A DNA stretch of 64,000 bases from Hydrolagus colliei (taxonomy: Eukaryota): the NCBI GenBank assembly GCA_035084275.1, contig CM068745.1, positions 47,616,001 through 47,680,000 on the forward strand, written 5' to 3'. Shown here in pieces: positions 40,342-51,054 of this stretch. The position numbers were made by a program, and so were the translations under genes. Each line of letters opens with the position of its first letter. Position 1 is the stretch's first letter. The notes below the pieces were generated by a model. The model had not been told where the DNA came from. It ran no database searches and worked only from the letters and a program-made list of their open reading frames with translations.

Positions 40342-40775
40342 GTCAGTCAGGTTCAGTAGTAGCACTCTTGCCTCTGTGTCAAAGGTTATGGATTCACGCC
40401 CCATGCCAGATCTTGAATCACACAGTCTAGGATGATACTATAATGCAGCGCTGGGGAAGTCAGAGGTACTATCGGAGGTACTATCATTCAGATGCATCGT
40501 TAAACTGAGGACCCATCTATCTGTTCAGGTGGATGTTAAAAATCCGATAGCGCTACTCTAAAAATGAATGGTATGTTCTCTCGACATCCTGGACAACAAT
40601 CCCCCAATAAAAATGTGGTCACTCATTCCATGGCTGTTTGTGGGACATTACTGAGCACAAATTTGCTGCCACATTTTCCAACAAATTGCACTGTCAATCC
40701 ACATTACAGTATATCCTGTGAAGTGATTTCAGACATCTCAATAACATGATAAGGCTCGATATCAAATGCGAGCAT
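40342..40775 (+). mobile_element. Near full-length old Deu-domain SINE
   Basis: tRNA-like head (gtagcactcttgcctctgtgtcaaaggttatggattcacgcccc), Deu core (cgttaaactgagg...gtggatgttaaaa), and a 3' part shared with the young SINE. Confidence 0.75.
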
Positions 40776-43700
40776 CATTTATCATTCATTTAAAGATTTA
40801 CTAAATTGTTATTTACATTTTGTTCATCTTGTGTATTTCATAACTGTTTTTTACCTACTTTTCCTACTTTAAATAATTTTGAACTCCTTAGATATTTTTC
40901 TCTTCAGTGTTTTGTATTGTTAATTTGTATCTGAATTTTTTATTGGAGTTGACAACATTAATTTTAGGAAATGGGAAGATTCAATTCACAGTCAGTTTCA
41001 ATGCTGCCCAATATCATCTTCATAGGCAAATGATCCTTTACCACAGACCACAACAATTTAATAAATTAGTTGACACAAACCTTGTTCCCATTGTTTCAGA
41101 ACTGAGCAAGTACCAGGCCGAGCACCAGATTTGGCTACATTTTTTTAATTTAAGTTTTGCCCTCACTAGTTAATACAGTTGAATATAATGTGAAGAGATC
41201 ATTGATATTCTACACATCCACTTAATTGATCGGTAAAAGATATTATGAATTATAGGGTTGTGAATATAGTCCTTTAGTAAACCATTGTGTAAACTCATAT
41301 ATCTTCAGTAGAATTATGGAATGTGTAGAGCAAGGAACAAGGCTATTCAGACATAATGTCTTAGATGGTGTTAACACATTCACTGTAGATTAAGACTGAT
41401 TTGCTCCAAGTTTTAAATAACATCATGTTCATCTAATGCAATAATTATCCTTCTTTAAAAATGTTATAAATAGATATGTTTTGACTATATCGATTGATTA
41501 ATTTTCAAATTCAAAACAAAAACTTAATATAGTTAACAAAAATCCAAATAATTATAACTCTCAAGATTTGATGTCAGTACGTAAGATTAATTGTTTTGTT
41601 CTAAATTCTTAATCATGTAGTATCAGATTCTATCAACATATATTTTGATATATAAAAGCAATAAACACATACAGTTAGCTTTTATGTAAAGTGGTGTAAT
41701 CCTTGATAAATGCTAAATTATCCCTTGACATATTTGTGGAACTAAATGTGCAGATATTTACTCTGACTCGAGAAAGCAAATTCCACAAGTTTCAAGAGCA
41801 GCTCAGATGACATCACAAAGTAGCAACTTGTGACGATGAACAATTATTGTAGTGTGCTGAGAACTTGGAAAATCTAAAAATATATTTTTAATATGTTAGC
41901 TTTGCTGAAACAGTACTCTAGGCACTTAGAATAGAAAAAAGGTAACCTTTTTTTCAGCACTATGCATTCAAAATTACAACGATTTCATCTTTTAACAAGA
42001 TCCTTACAATTTCCAATTAATTTCCAGTCAATTATTTTCCCTGCATATCACTACAAAGTAGCTACCAATAAGTTGCTTGTGTCAATGAGCAGAAGGGACA
42101 TAGCCAGATAACAATGCTTACCTGGATTACCGAGTTAATCTAGTGCCTGACAACAATCCATTTATTGACAATAATTATCATAGGGCTATGTCTGTATTCC
42201 AGGCAGCAACATAAGTGGGATCAGTTAAATATTTTGTATAGAGCTCCTATCAAATAATTAATCAAATCCCTCAAACACGATAAGTGATACCACAACATGC
42301 TGAATTACCAATGAAAGCATTGTGAGATTCCTTGAAGAAATTTGACAATTTGTAGAATTTCTATGCGTTAGTTTAACCAATCACACTGTGGGAACTAATT
42401 GTATGTTTCTTTTTTAAAAGACTGACACGAAGCCAATAAGTATACTCAAAGTATTTCTCAATAATATTTTAAGATTACATGTGGTATTCCGATTCATTCC
42501 TATTTTATCAAATTGATAATTCTTGTTTTGTTCTAAAGGGTGATTTAAAAAAAAATGTATTCACAATAACAACCAATCACATTAACAAAACAGAAATTGT
42601 ATCAGATGAGAAGCTGGCATTAAACAAATTAAGCATATTTTCTTGGTTGAGGATAGGCAAATTAATGCTTCAGAGATACTGCAATCTGTTTTGCAAATAT
42701 TTAACTTATTTCAATGAATGAGTGTGATATGAATCCCTCACATTGTGGGTAAAACAGCAAAGCATCTTGAATATTCTTCTACCTTCACAAATATATTAGG
42801 ATTTACGAACCTCAAAAATACAACGGGTATTCTACAAATACTGTTGCACTTTATTGCACTAAAGCAGTTGAAACCAAATGGAGAAAATATAATCAATATG
42901 TGGTCCTATAAGTGAAATAAATTTAGAGCTGCTGTAGCATTGCTGGAATTTTTTTTCAGCTTGGAAAGGAGATCTGTATTCCCATTATTCACGTTTTACT
43001 GCATTGCACTAACGCCAGGATACTAGCATGGAACACATCAGTTAATAGGCACTGAACTGCCTTTCTCCAGAGATAACATTCTCCATTAATGTGTAAATAG
43101 CAGAGAAGGAAATGAAAAACAGTATTTTTCTGTTTATTAGGTATAATGTATAAAATAATAGTAAACTCAACTATGCCTACACCAAACTGTTTTATTTCAT
43201 CAGTCCCAGGTCCATCGTAAGTATGTCATAGCAGTTATTTTGATCAATTCCTATTTATAGTAGTTAAAACCAAACAGTGCAGTCAGGCAAAGGTAGGCAG
43301 ATGTGGTGACGTAATAGCAGGCAGGATTTCAATGAAAATTAATAGAATGGTGCACAAATTAAAATCACCTTAAAAGGGAAATGTAGAAGTGTGATTTCCA
43401 GTGACCTGAAAGTTTGCTGTGTCTGTGAAAATTCAATGACATTCAATTAAATTTACATGACATAACGGGGGTGAGCAATACATTAGTTTGTCTTTTACAG
43501 CTGAATTGCTTGGGGTGTATCTGCTGTTAGCAATATGTATCAGACAAACACTGTTCAATCTATTGAACTATTTAGCATATCAGACAAAAGGCTACAATGC
43601 AACTGCATTCATGACTTGAGGGTTTGCTTCTGAACAGCTAAAAAACTGACTAAATTGACTCAATATTAATTCACAAGCTGTATATTTGAGTGAAAATTGT

Positions 43701-45397
43701 GACAAGTGCTGAAACAACCCTTTATGTACCACAGCAGTATTAACAAAATGCACCTTAATGCAATCTCTTCAACCTGTTCAAAGGAAATTTGTAAACAATG
43801 GTAAGGAAAGATGTGAAACCTGGCTATTTGGTCACATTTTATTATGAAGATTGCCAGACCTTGTAAAATATTCAGAAACTATTTAAGGCCAATTAATATT
43901 GGAAAATAGGTGAATATTGCCGCGCCCCATGGTACAAGAATTATTGGGTGTGGATTATAACACTAAGGATTGGCATCTAAAATACAAATATAGAGATCCT
44001 TTTCAACCTTTTAATCATTGAGTGATAAATTGTGCAACTCAAAAATATTGTTGCTAACTACTTTGGTGACCTCTACTGGGGATTTTAATGTAATCTTGAC
44101 AATCAATGCTGCAGATTCCCTTATGGTTACTTCTCCTTTTAACACCAATTGCTTCATATGATATATCAGTTATATGAGTACCTTAACTGTTTCCTCTCTA
44201 ATCTTAGTTCCTGCTTCTGCCTAATCCATGATTTAGCAAAACAAATACTTTGTGGCAGCAAGGAACCCAATGTTACTGGGTTTTACCACACTGCTTTTCT
44301 GTTTGGCTTTACTTAACTTAAAGAGTTAACACATTATCATTTTGTTGTTTGCTTAAGAGTTGAAATGCTCACAATAGTTGTGTTTTTTCAAACTATAAAA
44401 AAATTAAATATTTACAAATAGCCTTATAAATAGCCAGTTCCAACATCTGGTGGTGAAATACAACTTCCTCTTCCATTGATTTATCTTTACATAGGATATA
44501 GAGACGTTAGGTATACATTTCTACAATCCATCCTTTGTCCCTGCATGACTCCAGTGCTAACAGGGATTTGTGCATCTCTGAAAATGAATATGAAAGTCTC
44601 TGAGACATCTTCTAATTTAAAAGTGCAGAATGCATACAAACACATCCACTTGGAGAATAAGAGTTTAATATTAAAATTAGGGGTGTGCTAGCCTTGTGGG
44701 GATTGGTGGAAAGCCATTTCAACTGTAAGTTGTAGTCTGCTGAAGCTGGGACTAAACCCCTCAATTGCGGAGTATACACCACCTATTATACACAATGATC
44801 TGCTACACCATGTCTGCCCATGCCCGTGGCAAGTTTGCAAATGTTTGATGCATTTTTATACAACATGCAACATTTCTGATGTCACCCAGGAGTAAGCAAA
44901 ATGTTTTGGTTTGAAGGGTTGTTTGCAGGTCGTGTTTTTTTTGTGTGTGTGTGTGGCTAACAGTGGCTCTTTATTTCAAATTAAAATACCTGGGTTGATA
45001 GTACAGTCTCACATGTGAAGGGAGAACAATCTTACTAAAATACTGTGAAGCATCATTATTTTAGTAAAACACGATATGTTTCCAAACATGGGAAAGTTAT
45101 GAAATACTGTTGTTTCCCTCCAATGGACCATGTATATGTCAAAGCATTGACTTCTGCCCACTGCCACCATCCCCCAGACCAATTGCTTGACACGAGATCC
45201 TCAGCTGGGTGTCCTTGGATCTATCAAATGCCAGTGTTTTCAGTGAACAAATCAGTTGTAGTGCACACCCCTAGTTCAAATATCCATTCGAGGTGATAAT
45301 CTTGTGCCAAGGCACTTTCACCTCAGACATTTATGGACAATACAAAGCAAACCTCTGATAATCTGAAATAAATACTGTATATAAACAACTCTGTAGT

Positions 45398-47995
45398 TCA
45401 GAACTGACTACACGTTGTCTGTTTTTCAAGAACTTCGAGGTAGTCCGGCTCAGCGTGAAGTTTCGCTTTAAGTTCCAGGTAGTCATTTCTACTTTGCTCA
45501 ATGTATACATTACTGGGGGCACCGTAGAGCACCGTCTCCCTCATCCTTTCTGGATGTAGATACTGACGCCTCACCTCGTAGTTAGGCGAATAATGATAGT
45601 TTGGTGGACTGCCATAGTTATAGTCAATATTGTTCCCATTGGGTGATTCCGTGTCAGGATCTAAAATCCCCCGGTAGAAATGTTCCACGTCTTGCATTGG
45701 GGAGATGTCCTCTCGGGGCTCGATGGTGCTGATGCTGTATGTGGGGCTCCTCAGTTGGTTTTCCCTCTCCTCGTCCATGTGGTTCCTGTAGGTGACTTTC
45801 AGCTCGTGCAGATCCCTGTAGTCATCCACCGAGTTGCCCTCCCTGGATCTGTAGATGGGATTCTTGCACATGTGTCCCAGAGGATGGGGGATGAACTCGT
45901 ACACGTGGCTCGCGGGGCTCTTGGTTTTGGGGGCCGACCTGTGGCTGTAAACCCCGTAGTGCAGGTTGAAGGAGCTGACATCCGAGTTGTTGGTGCTGGT
46001 GCGGTCGCTCTGCGCTTTTTTGCGCCTTTTCATCACCACCACGAACAGCCCGGCGGCCACAAAGACCGAGGTGATGAAAACCAAGAGCAAGCTGAGGATG
46101 AGGACGGAGAGAGGCACCGAGCCTGACTGTGAGCTGAGCTGCAGGGGGGGCGGGGTGGTGCCGGGGGGCTCTGCGGTCTGCAGAGCGGTGGGTGAGGGGG
46201 GGGTTACAATCAGGTCAGAGTAATTGGGACAAATAAAATCAGATCTAATCGCTCTCACGTCCTCCCCCGTGAACCTCTTTGGCGTCTGGCAGATCACGCC
46301 GTTAATCACCGCGCCCGTGTTGAGTTTCTCCAACCAATGCTTCATCTCCACTATTTGGCACCTACAATCCCAGGGGTTTTCGTGCAGATCTATTTGTATT
46401 AAGGACTTGAGATGGTGCAGGACCCCCGCCCCGGGCAGGGAGGTGAAACGGTTATTCCTCAGGTTAATCCGGGTCAGATTCAAACCTAAAAAGATGTTGA
46501 CGGGAAAATCCCGAAGCAGATTGTTGTTCAAAAACAGCAACTGCAGGTTGGGCACCACCTTAAAGGTGCCAGACACGATCTCCTTAATGGCGTTGAACTC
46601 CAAGTACAGGTATTGCAGTTTCCTCAGACCGTGAAATATCTCGGAGGTCAGTCTGTCGATGCAGTTTCCATTCAGATACAATCTGCGCAAGTGGATCAAA
46701 TTGACGAAAGCCCGATCTTGGATGATGGATATTTTGTTGTTGCCGAGATGCAGTAAATCCAATCCAGTGGAATCGATAAAATCAGACCTCCGGACCATCT
46801 GGATGTGGTTTCCTGTGAGGTACATCTTTTTGGGGTTGTAGGGCTTTGGCTCCAGCTCAGTTATCCTCTCGATCTTCTTCTCCTGGCAATTCACGTTCAG
46901 CCCCAGATCCGAGATCTGCAGGTTACATGTGCATTGCCTGGGGCAGACTAAAGGCACGGGGGACTTGGTCTGATAGGCGATGATGGGTCCGTAGTTGTAT
47001 CCCTCCTTCGCGGTGGGTCCTCTGGCGGTGGGGCGCTTTGGAAGGCGAGTGCTTTTGGGGGCTCTCGCCGGAGATTTGGGAGCGAAGGTGATGATGGAAG
47101 TCGCGGGGGCCGGAGTGGTATAAAAATAGCCGTGTGTGGTCAGAGGTGGCAGAGGTTTCCAGTCGGTGTCGGTGCTGGTTCTCCTGGGGCACAGCTCTTG
47201 TTTGGAGACCTCGTCCAGGTCTCTGCCGTGGAGGCGGAATGGTGTCTCACAGACAACCTCCCCGACCAGCGCGGTGTAAGCGATGCTCTCCAGCCAAGCC
47301 TTCAGGGCGATCAGCTCGCAGGTGCAATTCCAGGGGTTTTCCTCCAGCTGCAGCTCCACCACCCTGTTCATGTTCTCCAGGAGACCCGTGTAAGGCAACA
47401 TCTTCAGCCGGTTGCCCCTCAGATCGAGGTGAGTGAGGGGGACGTGTTTGAAGAGGTTGCTGGACAAGCTGCCGAGAAGGTTGTCGTTGAGGATCAGCAC
47501 TTGCAACATGTGCAGTTTGCTGAAAGTGCCGGCGTCCACCCAGCCGATCAAGTTATAATCTATCTGGAGATACTCCAGACTCTCCAGCCCCGCGAACGTC
47601 TCATCTCTCACCCCCTGCAGCTTGTTGTTGTTCAGGTGTAACCTCCTCAAGCCTCTCAGCCCGTTAAAAGCGCCCGCCTCGATCTCCTGGATCTGATTGC
47701 TGCCCAGATGTAGGATGGAAACGCCGGTGAAATTCAGCAACTGGTTCGGGTACAATCTGTTCAGCAGGTTCCCGGTGAGAAACAAGTGATAGACGGGGAA
47801 ATGCGGCGGGCTGATCTGCAAGATACTCACGATCTCTCTGTTTTCACAACCCACGATCAGCACCTCGTCCTTGTCCTCGCAAGAGCAGAGATTTTCGCAA
47901 ACCTCTCCGTAGCTTTCGAGGGTTTCAGCCCAGGTGAGGACCAAGGAGGCAAAAGCAAAAGCGATGGTTTGTGTTATCCACACATACATTTTCAT
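45398..47995 (-). CDS. slitrk5: SLIT and NTRK-like protein 5 (865 aa, single coding exon)
   Basis: Signal peptide; two LRR clusters with Cys caps (NPWNCTC...VVCETPFRLHGRDLDEVSKQELCP; YQTKSPVPL.CP..C.CNLQISDLGLNVNCQE...PKPYNPKKMYLT); TM segment VPLSVLILSLLLVFI; cytosolic GHMCKNPIY and C-terminal LELKAKL..EPDYLEVLEKQT..SQF. These match my recollection of SLITRK5 rather than other paralogues. Confidence 0.95.
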   Translation of the reverse strand: MKMYVWITQTIAFAFASLVLTWAETLESYGEVCENLCSCEDKDEVLIVGCENREIVSILQISPPHFPVYHLFLTGNLLNRLYPNQLLNFTGVSILHLGSNQIQEIEAGAFNGLRGLRRLHLNNNKLQGVRDETFAGLESLEYLQIDYNLIGWVDAGTFSKLHMLQVLILNDNLLGSLSSNLFKHVPLTHLDLRGNRLKMLPYTGLLENMNRVVELQLEENPWNCTCELIALKAWLESIAYTALVGEVVCETPFRLHGRDLDEVSKQELCPRRTSTDTDWKPLPPLTTHGYFYTTPAPATSIITFAPKSPARAPKSTRLPKRPTARGPTAKEGYNYGPIIAYQTKSPVPLVCPRQCTCNLQISDLGLNVNCQEKKIERITELEPKPYNPKKMYLTGNHIQMVRRSDFIDSTGLDLLHLGNNKISIIQDRAFVNLIHLRRLYLNGNCIDRLTSEIFHGLRKLQYLYLEFNAIKEIVSGTFKVVPNLQLLFLNNNLLRDFPVNIFLGLNLTRINLRNNRFTSLPGAGVLHHLKSLIQIDLHENPWDCRCQIVEMKHWLEKLNTGAVINGVICQTPKRFTGEDVRAIRSDFICPNYSDLIVTPPSPTALQTAEPPGTTPPPLQLSSQSGSVPLSVLILSLLLVFITSVFVAAGLFVVVMKRRKKAQSDRTSTNNSDVSSFNLHYGVYSHRSAPKTKSPASHVYEFIPHPLGHMCKNPIYRSREGNSVDDYRDLHELKVTYRNHMDEERENQLRSPTYSISTIEPREDISPMQDVEHFYRGILDPDTESPNGNNIDYNYGSPPNYHYSPNYEVRRQYLHPERMRETVLYGAPSNVYIEQSRNDYLELKAKLHAEPDYLEVLEKQTTCSQF

Positions 47996-48050
47996 GCCGG
48001 GTTTCGGCTCCCCCCTGGTTTTACTCTAGTCCTCGCTTGCAGCTTTTCAC

Positions 48051-48970
48051 CTTTACAAGAGAAGAAAGAGTGTAATAACTTGCCATTTTTGCAAACGATC
48101 GCAAACGTCACAAAAAAAAGATGTTCCCCCCCCACCCCCCCTCCCTTTCTCCTTGGCCTCCCTCCCCCACTTTAAGGGGAGAGGGGAGAGAGAGAGAGAG
48201 GGAGGCTGTGTTGTCCTCACCACAGACGCGGCTGCTGAAATTGGCAATGAAAATTCCCAACAGATCGCTGCAATGACGTGGAGGTCACCAAAAGTTAAAA
48301 TGACATTCCCAAAATAATTCCACGGATCCCACTCCTGTCTTTCTCGGCTCCTGAAATCCGACTCCGGATCCTCTCCTTGATGTCCAATGCCTTCGGTTAT
48401 AAGGCAGCCATGGTTACTTCCACAAACGCACCCAGTGAATAAGAATCCAGCAGAGATATTGCATTACTTGAAACGGGAAGTGGCATTCAGTTTAGCGGCC
48501 AAATAAAACACAAACAGATTGCCTCAAATGTGCAGCAGCAGCAACAACAACAACAACGGCAGCAACAGAAAAAAAAACATTGCTAGTTTGATTTAAAATC
48601 ATCCCGAGCCGTCAGGCTGATCAATAGCTGTCCTCTTGTCTAATTTTCTGACTAAAATTCATCAACACGTTTATTTTTAAAGGCTGTCTCCACCGACTAA
48701 TGGATCAAAGCAAAAAAAAACTGTATTGCAAAGCACTTCCCCCCCAACAACACACACACACACACAGATGCGTTTTACATAAGCCAACACCGAATCCAGG
48801 CTGCAGAGCTCAGTGAAAGGCTATTACGCTTATCTCCTTGACATGAAAGATGACAAAGTAACACTAAACGACTGGAAAAGGCTACACATGGCTTTTATGT
48901 TTAATTTGAGCCGAATGCAAAGCTTTCGTTCTCTCTCTCTCTCTCTCTCTCTCTGTTTTGATCGACTTAC
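48051..48970 (-). other. slitrk5: Predicted 5'-UTR intron of slitrk5 (920 bp)
   Basis: Acceptor ctctttcttctcttgtaaAG|gtgaaaag 55 nt upstream of the ATG (exon starts 48050); consensus donor AG|GTAAGT at 48971/48970. The pairing of the two sites is inferred. Confidence 0.65.
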
Positions 48971-49260
48971 CTACTCCCGTATCCTCAGCCACTGTTGGGT
49001 GGTTTGAAGACTAGCCTGAAACCCTCAGCCATATCTGACATAGCGCTTACACCCAGAATGCTGCAAAAGCAATCTGGTAAAAGTAGTTAGGCTGGAACAT
49101 TTGTCATGGAGAAAGCTCATCGCCAGTCTCACAGGAAGGAGATGCTGGTTTACACTCGGCGGCGGCTGCTGTCGCAGTCCCTCATTTTTCAGGGTAAAAG
49201 CTACAAACCCAAGTTGATTAAAAGGCAAACCAACAGCAATCAATGTACGTCAGTGATTTT
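48971..49260 (-). other. slitrk5: Predicted non-coding upstream exon of slitrk5 (5' boundary unknown)
   Basis: Bounded by the consensus donor; CpG-containing; CRE-like TGACGTA at about 49245-49251 and a (GA)n tract further upstream. Confidence 0.45.
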
Positions 49261-49459
49261 AATTTCATCTCTTGCCGGAAACAAATCAGATTTCCTGGCG
49301 CTTCGCTCTCTCTCTCTTTCTGTCTCTCTCTCTCTCTATCTATATTTCTCTGATTCCGCCTGTGCGTTACATTTGTTCCGCGATTTTATTTTACCCCCCG
49401 CATCACCCACATCACCCACCCACTGAGGCTGAAAATCACTTGGTTTCGAGCACTTGGTT

Positions 49460-49662
49460 TTACACCCCAACCCCCCCCCCCCCCCCAGGAATCCCAGAGG
49501 CTGCCTTTGATTCACACCATCTCAGTGTAACAGTGAAGGGGGGGGGGGGGGGGGGATCTATATTATTCCCTATAGGACATCCCCTCTTCTGATTACCGAG
49601 GGATTTGGAAGGTCCCCCGCCCCCTCCCCCCCCCCCCCCCCCCCACCCCCCGCCACCACCGC
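49460..49662. promoter_or_regulatory. C-runs and G-run cluster (G-quadruplex/i-motif potential) upstream of slitrk5
   Basis: C-run at about 49471-49486, G-run 49538-49555, C-rich 49614-49660. Confidence 0.5.
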
Positions 49663-49869
49663 CTGGGTTTGTCAATGATTTTTATCCGCCACCGGTACCT
49701 GGACACGGCATTTCCATTCCTCTCATTAAAGTTCCCAAATTCCATCAGTCAGTCGAGGAGGCAATAATCTGTCACACGCTGAACTTAGCGGCTTGTGGTG
49801 TGGGAGCAATCACAGCCAGGGCTCGGCTCAGACGATACCCTCTCTACCCCCCCCACCCCCCCCCCCCCA

Positions 49870-50253
49870 CCCCCCTCTCTCCCCCTCTCCTTCCCTCCCT
49901 CTCTCCCCCTCTCCTTCCCTCCCTCTCTCCCCCTCTCCTTCCCTCCCCCACTCCCCCTCTCCTTCCCTCCCTCTCTCCCCCTCTCCTTCCCTCCCTCTCT
50001 CCCCCTCTCCTTCCCTCCCTCTCTCCCCCTCTCCTTCCCTCCCCCACTCCCCCTCTCCTTCCCTCCCTCTCTCCCCCTCTCCTTCCCTCCCTCTCTCCTT
50101 CCCTCCCCCACTCCCCCTCTCCTTCCCTCCCTCTCTCCCCCTCTCCTTCCCTCACTCTCTCACCCTCTCCCCCTCTCCTTCCCTCCCTCTCTCCCCCTCT
50201 CCTTCCCTCCTCCTCTCCTTCCCTCCCTCTCTCCCCCCCTCCCCCACTCCCCC
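49870..50253 (+). repeat. 24-bp polypyrimidine minisatellite (ccctctccttccctccctctctcc)n
   Basis: About 16 units, running into an N gap. Confidence 0.95.
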
Positions 50254-50402
50254 NNNNNNNNNNNNNNNNNNNNNNNNNNNNNNNNNNNNNNNNNNNNNNN
50301 NNNNNNNNNNNNNNNNNNNNNNNNNNNNNNNNNNNNNNNNNNNNNNNNNNNNNNNNNNNNNNNNNNNNNNNNNNNNNNNNNNNNNNNNNNNNNNNNNNNN
50401 NN
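50254..50402. other. Assembly gap
   Basis: N run. Confidence 1.
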
Positions 50403-50623
50403 CGGTCTTAATGAAATGCCTCTCCAAATTCCGCGATGTGTTTACTTCGCTTTTTACTGTCAGGTTTCGGGTCGGTTTGCCCAGCGCTCAATCAGTACCT
50501 TTGATCGCCACGTCTTGGCAGAAAGAACAAAACAATAATAATGATAATAATAATCATATATATATATTTTAAAAACAACCAAAATAACAAATTGTTTTTG
50601 TCTTTTGCGGTTTTTTTTTCCCC

Positions 50624-50644
50624 TTCAGCACCACAGACAGCGAG
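50624..50644 (+). promoter_or_regulatory. RE1/NRSE-like site (REST)
   Basis: TTCAGCACCACAGACAGCGAG versus consensus TTCAGCACCACGGACAGCGCC: 18/21. Confidence 0.6.
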
Positions 50645-50824
50645 AGTTCATTTGGACCTTCCTCACACACACACACACACACACAGCCAGCCAGCCATTC
50701 TCTTAATGAAATGAGTCTGTACCTACCCTGCTCGGCTCTGCACAGCTCAGCATATTGGAGGAGATGGTGCCTTTCCGGCTAGGATGGGAGTTAGTTGCTG
50801 TTGTTTTTTTTGCTCTGTGATTAA

Positions 50825-51024
50825 NNNNNNNNNNNNNNNNNNNNNNNNNNNNNNNNNNNNNNNNNNNNNNNNNNNNNNNNNNNNNNNNNNNNNNNNNNNN
50901 NNNNNNNNNNNNNNNNNNNNNNNNNNNNNNNNNNNNNNNNNNNNNNNNNNNNNNNNNNNNNNNNNNNNNNNNNNNNNNNNNNNNNNNNNNNNNNNNNNNN
51001 NNNNNNNNNNNNNNNNNNNNNNNN
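50825..51024. other. Assembly gap
   Basis: N run. Confidence 1.
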
Positions 51025-51054
51025 TCGTTTGTCTGGAGTAATCCACTCTTGGTG

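Noticed and set aside
45680-48175. Plus-strand ORFs overlapping slitrk5
   Set aside because: Antisense shadows of a GC-rich CDS; no recognisable domain.
49605-50572. Pro/Ser-rich or Gly/Glu/Arg-rich ORFs
   Set aside because: They are translations of C-runs and the 24-bp minisatellite plus a gap; open in many frames simply because the repeat lacks stop codons.
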